Below are positions 25,910 through 38,083 of a stretch of 64,000 nt of DNA, piece by piece. The notes under the pieces are model-generated. The model was not told the origin of the DNA and did no database searches. It was given only the letters and a program-made list of their open reading frames with translations. Position 1 is the first letter of the stretch. Each line of letters opens with the position of its first letter. A program made the position numbers and the translations under genes. The DNA is from Octopus vulgaris. Its lineage: Eukaryota. The stretch is taken from NCBI GenBank assembly GCA_951406725.2, contig OX597814.1, positions 164,052,001-164,116,000 of the forward strand, written 5' to 3'.

Positions 25910-26541
25910 ATTGCAAAGATGTATATGAGCGAGGTCATACAGACAGTAGTGTTTACTACATAAAGCCTACTTACTCCTCTTGCCCCATCCCTGTATGGTG
26001 TGACATGGACACCCCACCAGGAGGATGGTTAGTCATTCAGAGACGACTGGATGGTAAATTGTCATTTAACCAAGACTGGAAAACTTACAAAGATGGATTT
26101 GGTGATGTAATACGAGAACTCTGGCTTGGTAATGACAATATTTTTTTGCTGACAAATCAAGCACATTACCAACTGCGTATTGATTTGTGGGACTTTCAAG
26201 GAAACCGTGTTTATGCAATATATGAAACCTTCAAGATAGATGGTGAACGGGACAGTTATAAATTAAACATAGGCAAATACAAAGGCAGTGCAAAAGATAG
26301 CTTCGGTAAACACAATGGACTTCTGTTTAGTACATCAGATAAAGACAATGATAAATGGAGTCAATATCACTGTGCTAAAGAATGGGAGGCTGGGTGGTGG
26401 TTTACTAACTGTTGGTTTGCTATTCTCAATGGACCCTACTATGAGAAAGCTAATGTAAGCTACCGGGGTATATCATGGAATGAATGGAAACATGAGCAAC
26501 TGAAGAAAACGGAAATGAAAATACAACCGTTTAAATCATAA
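25910..26541 (+). CDS. Terminal exon encoding a complete fibrinogen C-terminal domain (FReD; angiopoietin-related/ficolin/ryncolin-like secreted protein)
   Basis: Acceptor tatttcag at 25909, phase 1. Frame (D)CKDVYERGHTDSSVYYIKP...PVWCDMDTPPGGWLVIQRRLDG..F...W..YKDGFG...ELWLGN...FSTSDKDND...CA....GWWFTNC...LNG...W...LKKTEMKI is open to TAA at 26541. These are canonical FReD motifs and cysteines. Upstream exons were not identified. Confidence 0.95.
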
Positions 26542-26573
26542 CTTAAATTAGATTGTTTAATACAAAAATATAA

Positions 26574-26751
26574 AATAAAATTATATAATACTTTGTTGAC
26601 CAGTTTGAGAGTTGTATTTATTGTAAAACTTGAATAAATATGAGACTTGTAAATATTTATATTTTTATCTGTTGAAAATAAAGTACAGCAAATATATGAA
26701 ATATTGTGTAAGTTTGTCAATTACTACAATTATTGCAGGTAGTGGAATAAA
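26574..26751 (+). promoter_or_regulatory. Candidate polyadenylation signals of the FReD gene
   Basis: AATAAA at 26574, 26633, 26677 and 26746 just after the stop codon. The region is AT-rich, so some may be chance. Confidence 0.4.
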
Positions 26752-26869
26752 AATATATATCTCTGATGACTATCAATTTTTTTTATTGGATTAATTTGGG
26801 GGAAGGCCCACAGCCTTTGCAGGCTGCCCAAAACTGGATACCAACAGTCTTCAGCAAAAATTATTAGTT

Positions 26870-26932
26870 GATAAGAATAGGGTCTACATGAATAAGAATA
26901 GGGTCTACATGATAAGAATAGGGTCTACATGA
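26870..26932. repeat. Minisatellite, 3 x 20-21 bp GATAAGAATAGGGTCTACAT
   Basis: Read directly; near-identical units. Confidence 0.95.
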
Positions 26933-27060
26933 ATTTAAATCCCTCTGCAAATGTTTCCATACATAATTCAAATAATTCAAATAAATCTGTTTACAAATGA
27001 AATTGTACAGAACGCAGGCAAATAATTAGTTATCAACTTAAAATATCTAATGTCTTATAT

Positions 27061-27371
27061 CACCGTGATCACCGTGACTGACCAGGCTATCAGATGTTGC
27101 TACACATCGCTGGTTACAGTGTGCTTCACATTGTTTTAGCCTTCAAATGATGCCACCCCACTGCCTAAGCAAGCAGGCCAACAGAAGAAAGAGTGAGAGA
27201 AAGTTGTGGTGAAAGAGTACAGCAGGGATCGCCACCACCCCCTGCCGGAGCCTCGTGGAGCTTTAGGTGTTTTCGCTCAATAAACACTCACAATGCCCGG
27301 TCTGAGAATCGAAACCGCGATCCTCTGACCGCGAGTCTGCTGCCCTAACCACTGGGCCATTGCGTCTCCAC
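27061..27371 (-). mobile_element. Young tRNA-derived SINE (second family) with 12 bp TSD
   Basis: AATGTCTTATAT duplicated at 27049-27060 and 27372-27383; head GGAGACGCAATGGCCCAGTGGTTAGGGCAGC...GGTTTCGATTC; tail of CACGGTGAT repeats. Confidence 0.9.
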
Positions 27372-30116
27372 AATGTCTTATATATCCATGATTAATGTTA
27401 CTGTATTGTATTCTGATATTGTCAGCAGTTCTCTAGCATTAGGTTATGATGTATTGTGATACAGTAACCAACATATATAGTGCTTGCAGCAGGAAGCTTT
27501 AAATAAGGAATAATAATGCCTGTTGCCTATTTATTAAATGAGTGTTGTCTGTAAGATTAGTTACAACACTTCAGAATTAGAAATAAGACTTTTGCAAATG
27601 TTTAACTGCTTGATGCATTTCTTTTTCCTAAATATTTATATTTCCCTGCAGGAAAGAATTCTAGATAAACCATAACACAATCTGATAATAATGAACAGTG
27701 CAACACTCATGCTGTGTTTGCACAGCACTTGCAGTTACAATCCAAAAATAGATGAAAACAGAATAATAGAGTTAAGCATGGTGTTGAATTAAATTTTAGA
27801 ATAACATGAGAATTATTCCTTTAAGTTAATATAAATCTTTATACACTTGTTGCCATCTAACACCATTCAACTTAACCCAAGTATACTTAAGGTGTATAAG
27901 TAATTAGATAAATGATTAGCATGATTCACAGGTCCAGCACTTTAGGTATACAAAGCTTCTGTCTGGTGGAGAACTACAGTAAGCACTCCAACATGGATGC
28001 AATAGATTATTGTTCACCTACACTGAAGAAGGCCGGGCATGTTGTTATTGCACCACTGTCCAGCCAGTTCATGCATTACAGAGGATTTGGACAGTTGTTA
28101 TAGTAAAGTAAAGTGGATTTGGTCAGAGTAAAACAGTTATTTTCCTATACAATATTACATGCAGGTATGAAACATACAATCAATATTATCAATACCATAG
28201 ATGCACAGTGGCCTGTAAATAAAATTCTAGCTCATCATTGATTTAAATATTCCAATGCATCTCAAATTTATTTCAGAACTACCTAGATATAAATTAAACA
28301 TAAAACAGAAATATTTTGATTATAGGTAACTAAAATTATTCTACAATAACTTTGAACTTAATTTTAAGCATATGGGTTGTAATAGGAGAAAATATGACTG
28401 TGTGCTTAAGAAGTTCACTCCAAAACCATGTGGTTAGGAGCTTGGTTTTAATGTATGGACACTCAGTTGACATTCTCCACTATAGCCATGGGTGGACCAA
28501 TACCTTGTGAGTGGAACTGGTAGTCAGAAACTGAAAGCCTGTTTCATATATATATATATATATATATATATCATCATTGTTTAACATCTGCTTTCCATGC
28601 TGGCATGGGTTGGATGGTTTGACATGAAGCTGGCTAACTGGGAGCTATCCAGATTCCAACCGTCTGCTGTGGCATGGTTTCTAAGGCTGGATGACCTTCC
28701 TAATGCCAACCACTTAACAGAATGTGCTGGGTGCTTTTTACATGCCACTGGCATGGGTGCATTAATGCAGCATTGGTATGAGTGCAATAATGCAACACCA
28801 GCAAGGGTGCTCTTTAAGTGGCACCAGCACCTGAAAAGACAAGCCTGTACATGTGGAAGACAGTGATTTTACTTAGCTTGACATGTCTTATCAAGTACAG
28901 CAAATCACATCTAGTCCCATATATAAATACACACACACACACATACACACACAATGTATGTATTTAAACATGTATGGTATATGTGCATGCTGATTGCAAG
29001 CAAATACCCAACCCTTCACAGAAACAATATCATTCATTTGCAGTTTACTGCAAAACCATGTCTGGGATTCTTGATAGGTCTTGACATGTAAGTGCTAATT
29101 GTTAACAAGTGCATTAGACAAAATATAAGATGATATATAAAATACTATCTAGATAAAATTATTTTTAAAAATTGTGTTTGTTAAATAAATGAAATGACAT
29201 TGTTTAAAGTTGGCCAGTTGTGACTGGATACAAAAATGAATGCAAGAATAATGGTGAAAATTTTACAATATAAGTATTTATATACACATTGGTAAATTTG
29301 GAAGAATAACAAAACAGAATATTGGAAAAGAAGCAGTATGTAAAATGTTACAAAACTTAAATGGGAAACAAAAGAGTGAAAAGTAGGATGGAATAATGTA
29401 TAAGGTAGCAAGAGGAAGAAATAAATAAAAAAAGAGAGAGAAGGAAGAAGGAATAAGTATTTTATGCACATGGTTCCAAAAAAAGAAATAATCTGATATG
29501 CAGTTCCTTCTTATAAGTTCAAAATAAGCAGAAGAGTGGGTCAAATACTGACTAGCTGAAAAATGTGCAAATGCAGCTAATTTTTTAAAATTAATAATGT
29601 TACTGCAAGTTCATCATAAACTGTACTTAATATGCATTACTATTAAAAGGAAATACTAAATTATTTTTATAAGTGTAACCACCTAATGCAGTTCTATGCA
29701 CACAGGATACAAAGCTGTTTGGTATAGATTTAATTACAACTGTTTGCTAAAGTAATGAAACAAAAATATAGGCCGACTAGAATATGTCAGTGGAGGGGTA
29801 ACATTTATTTATATTTATGCATTCTACAGTACAATATATTTAAACCAATTTAGAGTTGTGGAGCACCAGAATGATTCTTTTAATTTTACCATCTTGAACC
29901 AATGGAGAGCAAATGAATAAAAATTAGTACCAATTTTCATCAGAAAAAATATACCAAACCAAGTTTGTTTCATGTAAGACAGTTAAAAGCAAGATTATAG
30001 GTAAATATACTGAATAAAATAGAGAAACCAATCATTACAACCAGGTAAAAAAAAATGGACATAACTTCAACATTTGATTGTTTGATAATTTTTTTTATAA
30101 AAATGTATATTCTTAT

Positions 30117-30281
30117 AGGCGCAGGAGTGGCTGTGTGGTAAGTAGCTTGCTAACCAACCACATGGTTCTGGGTTCAATCCCACTGCGTGGCATCTTGGGC
30201 AAGTGTCTTCTGCTATAGCCCCGGGCCGACCAATGCCTTGTGAGTGGATTTGGTATAGACGGAAACTGAAAGAAGCCTGTC

Positions 30282-30321
<40 letters not shown>

Positions 30322-30552
30322 GTATGTGTGTGTTTGTGTGTCTGTGTTTGTCCCCTAGCATTGCTTGACAACCGATGCTGGTGTGTGTTTACGTCCCCGT
30401 CACTTAGCGGTTCGGCAAAAGAGACCGATATAATAAGTACTGGGCTTACAAAAAATAAGTCTCGGGGTCGATTTGCTCGACTAAAGGCGGTGCTCCAGCA
30501 TGGCCGCAGTCAAATGACTGAAACAAGTAAAAGAGTAAAGAGTAAAAGAGTA
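30117..30552 (+). mobile_element. tRNA-derived SINE, CORE-like, with internal (TA)n/(TG)n (most abundant family here)
   Basis: A-box TGGCTGTGTGG, B-box GGTTCAATCC, CTTGGGCAAGTG core, GAAACAAGTAAAAGAGTA tail. Other copies at about 3640, 12625, 17200, 28385, 43270, 44355, 44890, 45405, 48885, 56470. Confidence 0.85.
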
Positions 30553-31190
30553 TTAGCACATTCAAAAACTATACTTAGCTAGGTGCACTTGGAAGATTTT
30601 ATTTTTAGTACTTTTTGACCCCTCTATATTTGTACTTGTATATGTATTTGTAGCAGAATTCACCTGGGGTAGGTTGAGCCAGTTCCAACCATAGAATACA
30701 CAACAATGTGAACAGAAGCAGACCACACTAAATAATCACAGACATTCATAAATCAATATGAAACAGGTTTTATGATTCCATGTCCTACCACAGCAACCAT
30801 GAAACTGTCAAGTTGAAAGCTGACCTATTTTTCACCTAGGTGGTCAAAGGCAACAACGATGGAACTTATGACAGAAACAAATTAGCAAGCACACTTTTAT
30901 AAATGACAAAAATTATTATTATTACTCTTGCTTTTCTTTTTCTACATTATCAACATACGTCAATACAATAATCTTTCTTTTTCACACACAATTTTCAAGT
31001 GAACAAAACAAAAGAACAAAAGACATGGTATTATGTTGTTTCCTGAAACCAGATACCTCACCCTAGGTAGCTTAAGTGATATATTCAATCCACACTTAAG
31101 TATTGAGAAGTGCATCCAACAATAAAGAAACTATATGTGTAATTATTACACAAAGTTCATAGATAATGAGATTTAAAAATTAATACTTAC

Positions 31191-31356
31191 CGGGCATTAA
31201 TTTTTCTATTTTTACTGTCTTCTTTATTATAAGCAGTAATTACTAGAATTTTCTTTAGCTCTACCATTTCATTGAGAATATTGGCAGTAACTGTAGGGTA
31301 TGCGAGGTAACGTTCTTTAACTACCCAGTCATCAAGTTCAGTCATTGATGGTTCAC
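31191..31356 (-). CDS. TMX3: TMX3-like PDI, internal exon E: (G)EPSMTELDDWVVKERYLAYPTVTANILNEMVELKKILVITAYNKEDSKNRKINA(R)
   Basis: poly-T gaaacag|exon|gtaagt; 166 nt, phase 1 to 2. LDDWVVKERY resembles TMX3 LSSWINRERF. Ends at a donor, so further exons must lie at lower coordinates. Confidence 0.88.
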
Positions 31357-32472
31357 CTGTTTCAAAAAAAAAAAATTCCATGACAAATTTTGAAAACAAT
31401 TTTATTTTTTATTTTTCAGGTTTACTTTTTCTTCATTTACACACATAACTCTGAAGCTATGTGTATGGGTGTGTGGTGGACACACATTTGTATGTTCGTA
31501 TGCATGCCCAAATGTATGATCTACTTTAATTCTAATAAACTGATATGGGTAAATACACTTTATGTCATAAAACTCAAAAAGATTATCTCAAAGTTTGAAA
31601 CTTTGGTAGAGAGATGATGTACAAGGACCGGATGCATTTTATGGATTGCCTGCATGCCATAATCAATTTAACCAAGAGGATCTGATGATGCTTTTTCAAA
31701 ATCAGTAAGATGTTTGTGAAAAAGCATGGAAATTTATGGAAGCTAACATGTTATCAAACTGTAGAAACAATCTCTTCCCAGCAACACCAGAAATATGGTC
31801 ATACATTAGAGTCTATTGAAAGTTGATTAGTGCTGTATCAATATTTTAAATGCAATAGAGCAGCAACAATGTAAACAGCCCAGCTATTAAGGCTGTCAGT
31901 TTTGGTGATATTTTATTAGAAGTTGTAGATAAGGTTTATCTCGTTACTTATCAGATATCTGGAGAAAACACTAATACAGTGTTGCCTAAAGAGTAAACGT
32001 GAAAGAAAAAGAAAACACAAATTGTAAAGAGGCAAGGACTGTAACAAGAGAAAAATAAGCTAAGTGGTAATAGCTGCAAGACTAACAACTCTACTGTCAA
32101 AGATGTGATGAAAATAGTATGTCAATCCATGTTCAAATTTTGGCTATTATTGTACAAAATTCTGCTTAGGAGTACCCTTATTTCAATGTTACAAATTACC
32201 TCTTTTGAAATGATTTAACCTTTTTACATCCAGATTATTCCATCAAATGTAATGCTTATTCTTTCACATTGTTTTGAATTAATAATGCATTACCTTGTAG
32301 CTTCAACAGCTTAAGGATGTGACTTCATTTTTAGACTGACAATGTGGAGTGGATGAGAGGCCAGGTTTGGTTGGTATGAATATAAAACAGAATATTTAGA
32401 CAAGATATCACTGCTTTCAATGCTAAAGGGTTAAAGTAAACCGTTCCATCAAAATTCATGTTAATTTATGTT

Positions 32473-32628
32473 GGCGTGGCTGTGCAGTAAAAAACTTGCT
32501 TCCCATCCACAGGGTTCTGGATTCAGTCCCACTGCATGGCACCTTGGGCAAGTGTCTTCTACTATAGCCTCAGGCTGACCAAAGCCTTGTGAGTGGAATT
32601 GGTAGACGGAAACTGAAAGAAGCCCATT

Positions 32629-32706
<78 letters not shown>

Positions 32707-32926
32707 TTTGTGTCTGTGTTTGCCCTCCCACCATCACTTGACAACTGATGTTGATGTGTTTACATCCCCATAACTTAGCAGTTCGGCAAAAGAGACCAAT
32801 AGAATAAGTACTAGGCTTACAAAGAATAAGTCATGGGATCAATTTCTTTGACTAGAACTCTTTAAGGCAGTGCTCAAGTATGGCTACAGTCAAGTGACTG
32901 AAACAAGCAAAAGAATAAAAGAATAA
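32473..32926 (+). mobile_element. tRNA-derived CORE-like SINE
   Basis: Collinear with 30117-30552; nested in a TTAA MITE. Confidence 0.85.
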
Positions 32927-32950
32927 TAAGAGCCAAGTTATTTTGATAAG

Positions 32951-33287
32951 TGAAGATGCATGACTCAGTGGTTAGAGCATCAGGTTCATAATCATGAGGT
33001 AGTGAGTTCAATTCCTGGACCGGGCTGTGAGTTGTGTTCTTGAACAAAACACTTTATTTCATGTTGCTCCAGTTCACTCAGCTGTAGAAATGAGTTGGGA
33101 CATCACTGGTTTCAAGCCATCTCAGCCTTTGCCTTTTCCTTAGATAACATCGGTGGTGTGGAGAGGAAAGGCTGGCATGCATGGGCGACTGCTGGTCTTC
33201 CATAAACAACTTTGCCCAGACTTATGCCTCGGAGGGAAACTTTCTAGCTGCAATCCCATGGTCATTCATTACCAAAGGGAGTCTTCT
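32951..33287 (+). mobile_element. tRNA-derived SINE (third family; copies at about 46333-46638 and 17553-17713 on minus)
   Basis: TGACTCAGTGGTTAGAGC A-box, GAGTTCAATTC B-box, TTGCTCCAGTTCACTCAGCTGTAGAAATGAGT central domain. Confidence 0.8.
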
Positions 33288-33898
33288 TCTTTTGATAAAT
33301 TCCCCATTATTTACAAAACTAATTGAAATAAAGGCAATGTATTTCAATAGAAATATGATAACAAAAGGGTTAAACAAATGGACCTTTTATAGAAAGTAGA
33401 AATTTCGTTGAAAAAGATTCAGTTGCTATGCTGGCAGTTCCTAAACAATGCAACAACCCTAAAATGACTTGTAGGGTAGTCATAATGAGGAAAATATGGG
33501 TTACAGTGGTGAGAATGATGATAACAAAAATGGTGGTGACAACTATTATTTGTAGTATTATGTCTTAAAATATAAATGCTTTAAGGAAGAAATTCTTCAA
33601 AAACAAATATATAACAAGGAAAAAGTATTTGCTAAATGAAAGTTGCTGCTGTAATTAGATGCCTGCAACCCTCAGGCTTCATTTCTCAATTTCATTTCCT
33701 CTAATTAATACTAATGAGCAATTTACGAAATAAACAAATGAAAAGCAATAAAGTTCTAGTACCTAACAAAATAATTAGTCATCCATTAATATGGTGCAAA
33801 AAGTAATGACATATGATTCAAAACTAATTATTAAGACAGTTTTTGTAAAGATATTTTTATTTAAAAAAAACAGAAAACCCAGTAGAAAAAGCACTTAC

Positions 33899-33965
33899 CA
33901 AAATATTCATCATAAAGATTATCTTTAAAAACAAGAACAGTTGGACTCCTGGTCATCCTTACATG
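33899..33965 (-). CDS. TMX3: TMX3-like PDI, internal exon D: HVRMTRSPTVLVFKDNLYDEYF(G)
   Basis: ctaatttttcag|exon|gtaagt; 67 nt, phase 0 to 1. PTVLVFKD matches TMX3 PAVLVFKD (recalled). Confidence 0.9.
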
Positions 33966-34020
33966 CTGAAAAATTAGAATTATTTCTAACATGAAAATAC
34001 AGTGTAAATATATATATATA

Positions 34021-35270
34021 CAAGGTTGGACAAAATAATGGAAACACCTAGCATCATAGCATCTATAAAACTGTCAAAAGCTTGTTTATTTTTATGTTTT
34101 TGATTTATTATTAGTGTTGCTTAATATGTTTTGTTAAAATTGCTGTTTCTTTTCAGACATCATCAGAAAAAGGTAATTAAAATTCATTAAAATGACAGAT
34201 CTATTGGACTTTCACACAGGGCAAATTGTTGGTGCTCGTATGGCAGGTGCTAGCATAACAAAACAGCTGAAATGTTTGGTGTATCAAGAAGTACTGTCTC
34301 AAAAGTAATGACAGCTTGTGAGAAAGAGGAAAAAATCTCCTCGTCAAAACAAAACTCTGGAAGAAAACCAAAACTTTCAGATAGGAACCGTCAGACTCTT
34401 ACGCGAATTGTTAGAAAGGATCACAAAAGTACAGCTCCCAAAATTACTGCAGAGCTTAATTACTACCTCAAGAACCCAGTTTCCACAAAAACTGTTCACC
34501 AAGAGCTGCACAAAGCTGGATTTCGTGGGAGGGCTGCAATCAGAAAACCACTACTTTCAAAAACAAACGTTGCAAAGTGTTTAGAGTAGAGTAAAAACCT
34601 ACAGAATTGGTTCCTAGGCAGTGGAAGAATGTTATTTTCTCAGACGAGTCATCCTTTACCCTATTTCTGACCACCAGTTGAGTATACATGTGGAGACAGC
34701 CAAAAGAGGCATTTGACCCAGACTGTCTTCTTCCAACTGTTAAACATGGAGGAGGATCTGTGATGATGGGGGGTGGGGCTATATCTTGGAAATCTGCCAG
34801 CCCAATGGTTTCTCTTCATGGCAGAATTAATAGTGAAGACTATTTAAGCATTTTATCTGAGCAAATTCATCCTATGGTTGCGGAACTGTTTCTCGACAGA
34901 AAAGCAATCTTTCAGGATGATAATGTATGAATTCACACAGCTAAAGTTGTTACTGAATGGCACAAGGAACATTCTAGTGAAGTTGAACATCTTATCTGGC
35001 CACCATAGACCCCAGATCTCAATATCATTGAACATTTATGGTGCATTTTAGAAAAAACAAGTAAGGAGTCTATATCCTCCACCATCATCACTACAAGAAC
35101 TGGAGACTGTTTTAGCTAAAGGACAAAAATTCCTTTGGAAACAATTCAACTTTGTACGAGTCCATACCTCATAGAATTCAAGCTGTAATTACTGCCAAAG
35201 GCAGTCCTACCTCATTAAAACAAATTTGTTTGAAATTTTAAGGTGTTTCCATTATTTTGTCCAACCTCTG
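34021..35270 (+). mobile_element. Full-length decayed Tc1/mariner-superfamily transposon, DD36E type (Incomer-like)
   Basis: ~30 bp TIRs CA(G)AGGTTGGACAAAATAATGGAAACACCT flanked by TA; length 1250 bp. Transposase has paired-like HTH, GRKPKLS, FSDES, TVKHGGGSVM, FQDDN and PDLNIIEHLW; 36 codons separate the second D from E. Confidence 0.95.
34192..35217 (+). pseudogene. Transposase pseudogene of the Tc1-type element
   Basis: ATG at 34192 (MTDLLDFHTGQIVGARMAGASIT), a frameshift near 34262, in-frame stops at about 34587, 34928 and 35006, and further frameshifts. Confidence 0.9.
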
Positions 35271-37780
35271 TATGTGTACATATACATATTCATATACATG
35301 ATGTACAATTAAAAAAAGACAAAGAATGAATTTAGCACATCTTTATCATTTGTTACAACTGTTTCAGTACCACTCAGATTTCTAATTCCATTACACAAAG
35401 ATGATTCCATGTGAAAACTAGCACAATTTTTACAGTTGATTATATTGAAGTGGCACTTCATCAGACTAACATCAAAATGTATCCTCTGACACTGTGCCAG
35501 TAGAATTGCAATTTTCCTCAAAATTCCAATTCTAAAGTGTAGGAATCCTAGAGCTTGGGCTGAGTGCTGCATTGGAAATACACCAATTTTCTACCCTATC
35601 AGTATCTACACTACTTTTTGCTCTAAACTTGCAAAATATTTTCTACACACACACACACATGCATCCTCATCATTGTTTAATGTCCGTTTTCCATGCTGGC
35701 ATGGATTGAAATTCTAATTTGAAATATAATAAATAGCAAAACAGTTATATTTTTCTTCAAATTTTGGATATAATGAAAGGATGAAAAACTGATTTAAAAT
35801 ATTAAACAACAAAAAGGCCCTGCATGTATTCAGATTGGATAAACATTCTCATATTGAAAATTTTGGAAATTTTACAGAGAACAAGATACTCTGCTAGCTT
35901 CTTCAGTGATGAACAACAATTTATAACCATTTTTATATTTTAATTCTTTAATTACTTTCATTTCTTCTCATAACCACCACTATCACCACCCCCATCATCC
36001 TCACTGCCCAATTCTCATCATAAGTCTCATAATTCAAAGTATTGTTGGAACATCAAAAAAGATTTTCGAACAAGCATACTCAATATAATCGGTTTCTTTT
36101 CAGGAGCTTCAAAAAACAAACTAGCTCTTCTTTCTTCTAAGGCACTGCTTCCAGAGAGAGTTTTTGAAAACCAGTTGTTTGGATGCTGTAACTACTCTTT
36201 TAGCTTCCATTTTTTTGGGAGGGTTGTTGATAACAGGTCTTCAAAGAGGCTCCTGATTTCCAAAGCTCAGCCTAATACTTCATATATATCATAAGCATGT
36301 ATGTCAGTTTGGTTTAGAAGCTAAGAATATTGTTGTTCATAATCCAAGACAGTATTTAGCTTGGCAGCACTACCTATAAATGTACATTCAATAATAGAAG
36401 ACCTTTGTTCATCACAAACCTGTACCCCGATTTCTAGCCATCTGTCACTGTCTCCTCATACTCTTATGAAACCACCCACTCTTTCCTTCCTTTCTGATCT
36501 ACTATACATATCCTCTCTTATGCTCATCTTGTACTTTGAGGGTTTGTTCAGCCCCATCCCCTCACTTCAAATAATACACACACACACACAGAGTCAAGGA
36601 GATTTCTTCTTTTTCCTGTTATTTTCATGTTTTGCAAGTTTTTCAGCAACCTCACAAGTGCTGGTGGCACAAAAAAAGAGCATCCAGTACAAACTATAAA
36701 GTTATTAGTGTCAGGATGTGCATCCAACCATAGAATCATACCAAAGCTGACACTGGAGCTCAACACAGCTCTGCAGCTTGCCATCCCCTCAAACTGTCCA
36801 AACCATGCCAGTATGGACGATGACGATGATGATGACAATGACTAGGACGTTTGATTTTTTAGAAGTTAGCTGATAGTAGTAGCTCTTTAGAGTTTTATTT
36901 CCTGGTCATTTCCTTTGAATTTCACTTTTGATGCATGATATTTTTTATTCTTCTAGTATTTTTGATATTCTCTAGACAATCACAGATTGCACAGGCAACT
37001 TTAATGACCTATGCATTTAACCCCTCAAACCAGCTCCTAAGTTACAATCTGTATTTACTAATTAAGCAGTAAAGATTTGGAGTTAACTATTTCTGTGCTA
37101 TTTGAACATTCTTGCTTACTTCAGCCTGTGGTATTTTGAAGAAAAGAAGAATTTAGGATTTGAAAGAGTTGAACATTAGGGAAAGAAAAATAAAAGGAGA
37201 ATAAAATTTAAAATGCCACTTAAATGTCTTCAACAGATGTTGATTATACTTTTCCCATGCTGTAGTATTCTCATTGCTATCAGGTGATAACATGCTCCAA
37301 TCATTATATAAACATTTCTCTTAGATGGTTTCACTGATCAATCCCATATGCTTCAAAATCATTACTTCTTTCTCCTCCTTTTATCTGCAAATGTTCTCTC
37401 ACAACATACATTTATGAATGAGCTGCAATGTAAGTTCTAAATATCTCCTTCCATAACTAAGTCTTCTTTCTCCCACTTTCAATTTGTGAATATGCTGAAG
37501 TGTGCATTTTATCATAAGTAACAGCTTTAATATTTGAAACTTTATTCTGGATAACAAAATACTGAATGTTTGAAATTTTGTTTTAGATTAAAGTTTCATT
37601 GAGAGAGAGGGCATTCATTCATACAGTAAGCTAACATGTTAAATCATGTAATCTTAAGAAAATATATGAGAATGTTTGCATACATATGTTATTTACGTAA
37701 CATATTTCAACCACAGTTCTGTTCTGACATCTTTGAAGAACAAATCATTCATCAAGATCTTATAGGAAAAAGAAAGCAAT

Positions 37781-37918
37781 TTAAGCTTTAGAACACTGTA
37801 GGTGCATCCTGCTGTCATATGAGTTTTCTCCCCTCTTAATACAACACAGTGTGCTTGCGGCTACAGGAGAGAAAACTCATATGGTGACATGATGCACTTT
37901 GAGCATGCTAAAGGTTAA
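37781..37918. mobile_element. Short hairpin MITE with TTAA ends
   Basis: TTAAGCTTTAG...GTGCATC..CATATGAGTTTTCTC / GAGAAAACTCATATG..GATGCAC...CTAAAGGTTAA. Confidence 0.7.
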
Positions 37919-38005
37919 TCAATCCTACCATTTTTTCCTTTCCTATTGTGTCATAATGGTTATATAAAACTTGAAACAGAGGCAAAACGATAATGTTATA
38001 CTTAC

Positions 38006-38083
38006 TGGTGGTAATACTCTGCTTTCCCCCACATAAAAATAGCTTTGGATCAGTTGTCTCCTAGCTGTCAATACAAACTTTTT
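38006..38083 (-). CDS. TMX3: TMX3-like PDI, internal exon C: KKFVLTARRQLIQSYFYVGESRVLPP
   Basis: poly-T ccag|exon|gtaagt; 78 nt, phase 0 to 0. Similar to TMX3 EKYIDAASELIVYTYFFSASEEVVPE (recalled). Confidence 0.88.

Noticed and set aside
26005-26541. Treating ATG 26005 as the start of a single-exon gene
   Set aside because: FReD homology extends 31 codons upstream to a strong acceptor at 25909, and there is no signal peptide.
28178-28212. AG/GT-bounded 35 nt candidate for the next TMX3 exon
   Set aside because: Translation (PLCIYGIDNID) does not resemble the expected continuation LKSIIQEVARDYR.
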